64,000 nt of DNA from Tubiluchus corallicola (taxonomy: Eukaryota > Animalia > Priapulida), in NCBI GenBank assembly GCA_030141605.1, contig JAQGDQ010000061.1, positions 124,001-188,000 of the forward strand, in the 5' to 3' direction. The position numbers and the translations under genes were made by a program. This document shows, one piece after another, positions 53,370 to 64,000 of the stretch. The notes beneath the pieces are model-generated. The model was not told where the DNA came from and made no database searches. It saw nothing but the letters and a program-made list of their open reading frames with translations. Position 1 is the stretch's first letter. The number at the start of each line of letters is the position of its first letter.

Positions 53370-56258
53370 GAGTGACGTAGGAGGAAAGTGACGGGAAAGT
53401 CGTTTTTCATTCCATTTGGAAGCAACGTAGATATTTTTTGTTTATCTCATTTAGAACATTCAACTGTTAAAAAAGCAATTTTCTTCTTAAAAAAGAGAGA
53501 AATGTCTGTGACCTCATGTAATCTTATCCTCTTAATGCTCATATATCGAATTTGGCAACTGTTTCTTAATAATGTTAAGTCTATCAAAAGCTTTCTTGAA
53601 TATTTTACGGGACTACAAGGACTAACTTATGAAAATGACATACGTTCGAACTAAAAAGGGAAGCCAACTGTTTCCTTCCAAATAATATGAAGATGCTCTG
53701 CTTTTATACAAGCAGAGTATTTTCGTCTATTAAGTAGCGAGTCTTTTTGCTTGGCATAAAGATTTTTTCCCGGATTTTACTTACATAACCGCCACTGTAG
53801 TCGCATGTAAAAATGCTCGCTTTGCTAATCTTGTAGTAGATGTTTATTTTGTATGTGGGATATGTGTTTGTACAAATTTCCTGTTTCCCAGGTATATTAT
53901 AGTTGGATCATAATTAGTAGCATGCAGTCGTTAGTATTTGTGCTGCGGTTTGTAGGCAGCCCAAGATCCAAAAGTATTGTTACTTGTCTAGATCTGGCAT
54001 ATCAATGTTTCTGTAATATAATAATATTTTTGATGACTTCTATTTTTCTTTTTGTTAGTTTGTGCTTTTTCACAGAATTTTTTTTCTATAACTATTTTTC
54101 TAACGTTGTTTATTATGAGTAATTTGCATTGTGATGCTTTCTGTGGCTTCTGTTTTCATGAAGTCAAGATCTAAAACTGTGTATGCATGTCATCTTGGTT
54201 TACCATTTTTGGGCTTCCGTTTTAATGATTTTGTGCCATATATTCCAGCATGTTCATTTTTATATTTGGAATTGTTTGTTGTGCTGTTAGGTAAGCTGGG
54301 TATTAATTATGATTCTGATATTTTTTACGCGTGGGTGTATTTTCGAAACTTTTTTGTCGGAATTCCAAAGATTTTTCAAACAAACGCATTCCATTCTTCA
54401 ATAACACCTTTTTTGTGTTTACTTTGTATGATGCACATTGAGATGTTTGAACAATCTGTTTTCTACTTTTCATATCGTCTTATAGTGTTCATGTAGTTGT
54501 TTGTTCCATTATTTACAGTGTATCGTATTCATGCTGTAAATGCAGATATATCAAGGCCTATTTAAACCGGGTCCCATATTTGAGACCCGTTTCTGTTTTT
54601 GCATTTATAATATATTGTATGTACTTGATAGTCACTAATACCGTACTTTGCAATTTTTTGAATGGAAACCAAAGCTTGTTTCATCCCGAGTGTAGTTCAG
54701 CTAGTGTATATCAAAATTGATGTTAACATTATCTGTCTTTGCTTTGATATCATTGTATTTGTATTTAGTACATGGCAATAAATGCTAGTATTACTATTGC
54801 TGGCCAAAAAAGCCTTGAAATAATAATATGTTGTTACGTGGCTATGTAATTTGAATGAATACAGTTGTATCATATGTGAGACTAAGCAAATTGCTTGAAG
54901 ATGCACATTTCGTAACAGCATCTGCTTAATTGTTCTATAAACTAAAGCATATTTACACACAATTTATATGATATCCTGTAGCAGTAATCACAGGTACCAA
55001 ATCTGTGTAAGCCAAAATGTTATATTTACTTTCTAGAATAGGTGACATTGTCTAACATATGACCTTTGACATCTCCTGATTTCGTGCATGAATCATATAA
55101 CATAACTTGGGTTTTATTCTACAGTTGAGAATTTGGACAAGTATGACTTTAGATTTTGTTTAGAGTTGCAGTAAAATTATCACTGTCACATTGTGACACA
55201 TTATCACATTGTGAATCGTAATCTTTCCCTGAAAAAGCAAAAAAAGTTGAAAGTGAAAGTGTCTAAAAAATGCCCGGATGGTTGACAGAGTCTGGCTTTG
55301 AACCAGAGACCTTTAGCTTTCAAATCAGCACCATGACATTTACAGTTCCTGTAATCTGGCAATTGTTAATTTGGTCCTAATACCCCACAAACCAAGCAGA
55401 TGGGAAACATCTTAGGACGTTTCAATGGTAATAAGCTATTATTTTCTAGTGCAGATTTATGGAATTAGTTACCACTATGTAGTTTCGTGTATTACATACC
55501 TCGAAGAGGATACATTGTTCTGATGTAACCCTGGCTTATTTTTCACAAGATTTCGAAATGTTGCACATATATTCTGTGCAGGAGAATTTCTGTCATCTAA
55601 AGTGATCAGTGTAACAAATTTTTGATGACACAGGTACAAAAGATGTACAAAATAAATAAATATGCAACCACAAAGAGATAATAACATTTTAACAATATAA
55701 CTGTGCTGTTTATTCATAACATGTTGGGTGCAGTGGTGTTAACTTTAATGCGAAATAATCATAACCTCTTTTGGAGATTCATATATAGCAAAAATTTAAC
55801 TAATTTTTTACTACTGCAATTCGAGCAAAGGAAGTAATAATTACAGTGACAAACAGGCATTTTACCTATACTACCTTTTATAATTTCCACAAAAATTTGT
55901 TAATAAGAAAATACACTTTTTGACAAAAATCAGAAGCAAATCACTTTTGTCTGGACACTTAGCACGCTTTTAAGTAAGAGAAAAATTAGCGTGTGATGTA
56001 AGTAAAATTTATAACTGCACCAATATCAATTGTGCTGCTAGTACTAATCTCTAAAAATTGATAAAATATTAATATACAATAACAATAAATAATAATAATT
56101 TAGATAAATTAATTTGATTTTTGTTCAAGTATATACAAAACTAATTAACTACGCTAACAGGTATGTGACAACAAAGTTAAAACTTCACTAATAACAGCAA
56201 AGCTTGCATATTCCACGTTGTGAAAAATTATGAAATATTAATAATGTAATTTTGCAGA

Positions 56259-56429
56259 CAGGCATAGCCAGGTTCTGAAGTTAGGGGGAGCAAGCATATA
56301 AAAAGCATTAAGACACATCAAATAATTTTTAGTGCATTGATTATGTACATTTCATTTATTGTTGAAAAGGTGCCAATTTTGAAAAATGTGTCCACGGCGT
56401 GGTTGGCTCCCCTATTAGCCATGCCACTG
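56259..56429. mobile_element. Short hAT-like MITE
   Basis: Degenerate TIRs caggcatagcc ... gccatgccactg. 8-bp TSD tttgcaga / cttgcaaa (6/8). Confidence 0.5.
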
Positions 56430-57536
56430 CTTGCAAAATTGTTAATGATCATTTATAACGCATAGCAATTAAAACCAATGTGAAAATATTTTATAATTTC
56501 TGCTTTTGAATAATGCGATGACCAATGATCTCACTGAAATAACTTTAAAGCACCCAGAAAAACCACCGTAAAACAACAGTTTCAGAGATTTATGATTAGC
56601 TAGCCTTAACATATGAATTTTTTAGCTTGCTTGGTGTTTTTTGACTGATTTACTATCTATTCTAGTATGTAAATAACTATCTTGAAGGTCATGGGTCGAG
56701 TCAATTTTGTTTTGCCTCCCATAGCAAAAAATCTAAAACAGTAAGTAAGCCAATGCTTTACTTGTTACAAGTGCTAAAGGAATGTTATAACATATCACAA
56801 GATGGTACAATAGAATTATATGAACCAGTAATTATATACAACATACATATGTCAGTGAAAATATGAGTTGCAACTTGTGCAGTATTACTTGGGACAATCA
56901 TAAGTTAACACACCTACAATATATATGTGTGCATATATACAGTAAAACAAAGTTAAAATTTTCTCATTTCTTTAGTTACACAAAAACAAATTCAGACTCA
57001 AAAATTAATAGAACCACAGTATCGTTGGTAGCGGAACTTATTGCAAATACAGAATTCGTAATCAGCCTGCAATTAAGCATAAAACAACCCATTACCTCTA
57101 TAAAATATTGTAGATGTATTTATTGAAAACGTAACATCATTTGGTCTCAAACAAAGAGTGAGAGTGATTTCCACATATGATTTCACCGAAATGAGTATTT
57201 TAAAGGTCACTTGATGGCACTTTATCCGTGAATAAAAATTTTTTTGTATACATACCTATGTAAAGTAAAGAGCGATAGGTTAGATCTAAAAAAGGGTAAG
57301 AGTGCATACTAAAGGGATATTGCATCAGGAAATACTGGCTCTCGTATTTTCTGACAGATTTTTCAACTATATTTTAAATTACGTTTGAGTAGTTTTTGTA
57401 GGTAGGATGCATCTAATTTCTAAAGGTTTTAAAAGAACTACTTCAGATCTCACATACAACGCACCACCAAATTTTCAAGGTGTGCTTACTCAAGCAGAAT
57501 TTTGATCGCCTAGTAGGGATAAAGCCGCTTAGGCAT

Positions 57537-63165
<5,629 letters not shown>

Positions 63166-63484
63166 TCAACGCAACAGGAGTGGATGAGGAAGTTCTATGT
63201 GAGTCAGCAAAGTACTGCAATGTTGCTAGATGTAACCTACTGCCAAAATTTAAGATATCTAGAGAATTCAGTACGTTAATGACTCATAAAGATGTGGTTT
63301 TCTCTGTCTAGTGCTGAGCAATGCAGTCTAAAAGTAACTTTTTTGTCCTTGGTTCTTTTGTATGTTGCATTTTAATTTTGAATTTATTCTGATTCATTTT
63401 AAAATACGTTATTAGCAGCAGCCATATATCAAACCAAGAATTTGTCATTTATAGTAAGGTTTAGTGCGATGTGGAAAAACATTA

Positions 63485-64000
63485 CAGTAAGTCCTCGCTT
63501 AACGACTCCCCACTTAGCGATGTTTCGTTTTAACGATGCTGAGCATTTGGCACCTTTTCCTCACTTAACGACACAAGTTTCATTTTAGCGACAATTTTTT
63601 TACTTTGCTCATAACCACTTTTTATCTGATCAACAAATTTTTTACCACATTTCAAGCATTAAAAGTGTACAAACTACGTTATTCTATTCCAAAAATGCAC
63701 TAGTAACATAAAACAGCACAATAATTATGTGTTTTTCCTTCGACTACTAAAAGCTAGCCATTGTTTGAACGAGATCTATTTGCGATTTAGACGCCTCCAG
63801 GCACCTGAGTGCAACTTTATGTGAAAGAATTTTGTCCACAACCTGTTTCTATAGCAACCAGGATGAGTATCTAGATGAAAATGCCTCAAGGTCACCCCAT
63901 CGCTTGAGTTTCACTATGCAGTATTTAACTGCTAAAATTTGCAAAAAAGAAACAGCTAGCTGGATATTGGTAAGAAAGATCAGTGGTTTCAAGCAAGCAA
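63485..64000. mobile_element. Same MITE family, copy 2, inverted relative to copy 1 and truncated by the window end
   Basis: TA|cagtaagtcctcgcttaacgactccccacttagcga, and internal blocks (cctccaggcacctga, tatagcaacca, gagtatctaga), match the reverse complement of 61539-62134. Confidence 0.85.

Overview
AT-rich, intron-rich animal (probably invertebrate) genomic DNA; the species cannot be named from the sequence. I reconstructed four spliced genes by hand. All use GT-AG junctions, and the reading phase is consistent across exons. (1) IFT52 (+, 12 exons, ~540 aa) has an unusually long low-complexity C-terminal exon. (2) HM13/signal peptide peptidase (+, 11 exons, 380 aa). (3) A stathmin-family gene (+, 6 coding exons, ~254 aa) has four tubulin-binding repeats built from symmetric phase-0 exons. 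(4) The last seven exons of otoferlin/type-II ferlin (-) lie at the right end; that gene continues past the window edge. A probable exon of an unidentified minus-strand gene lies at the left edge. Introns and intergenic DNA hold a decayed non-LTR retrotransposon ORF1, CR1-type 3' fragments, a solo LTR carrying heat-shock elements, hAT and Tc1/mariner/pogo MITEs, tandem repeats and microsatellites. The most notable items are the modular 4-repeat stathmin with a tandemly amplified 5' splice site, an inverted MITE pair that carries RFX X-boxes and brackets two otoferlin exons, X-boxes at three of the genes, and the solo LTR beside the IFT52 promoter. Most short ORFs in the supplied track are spurious.
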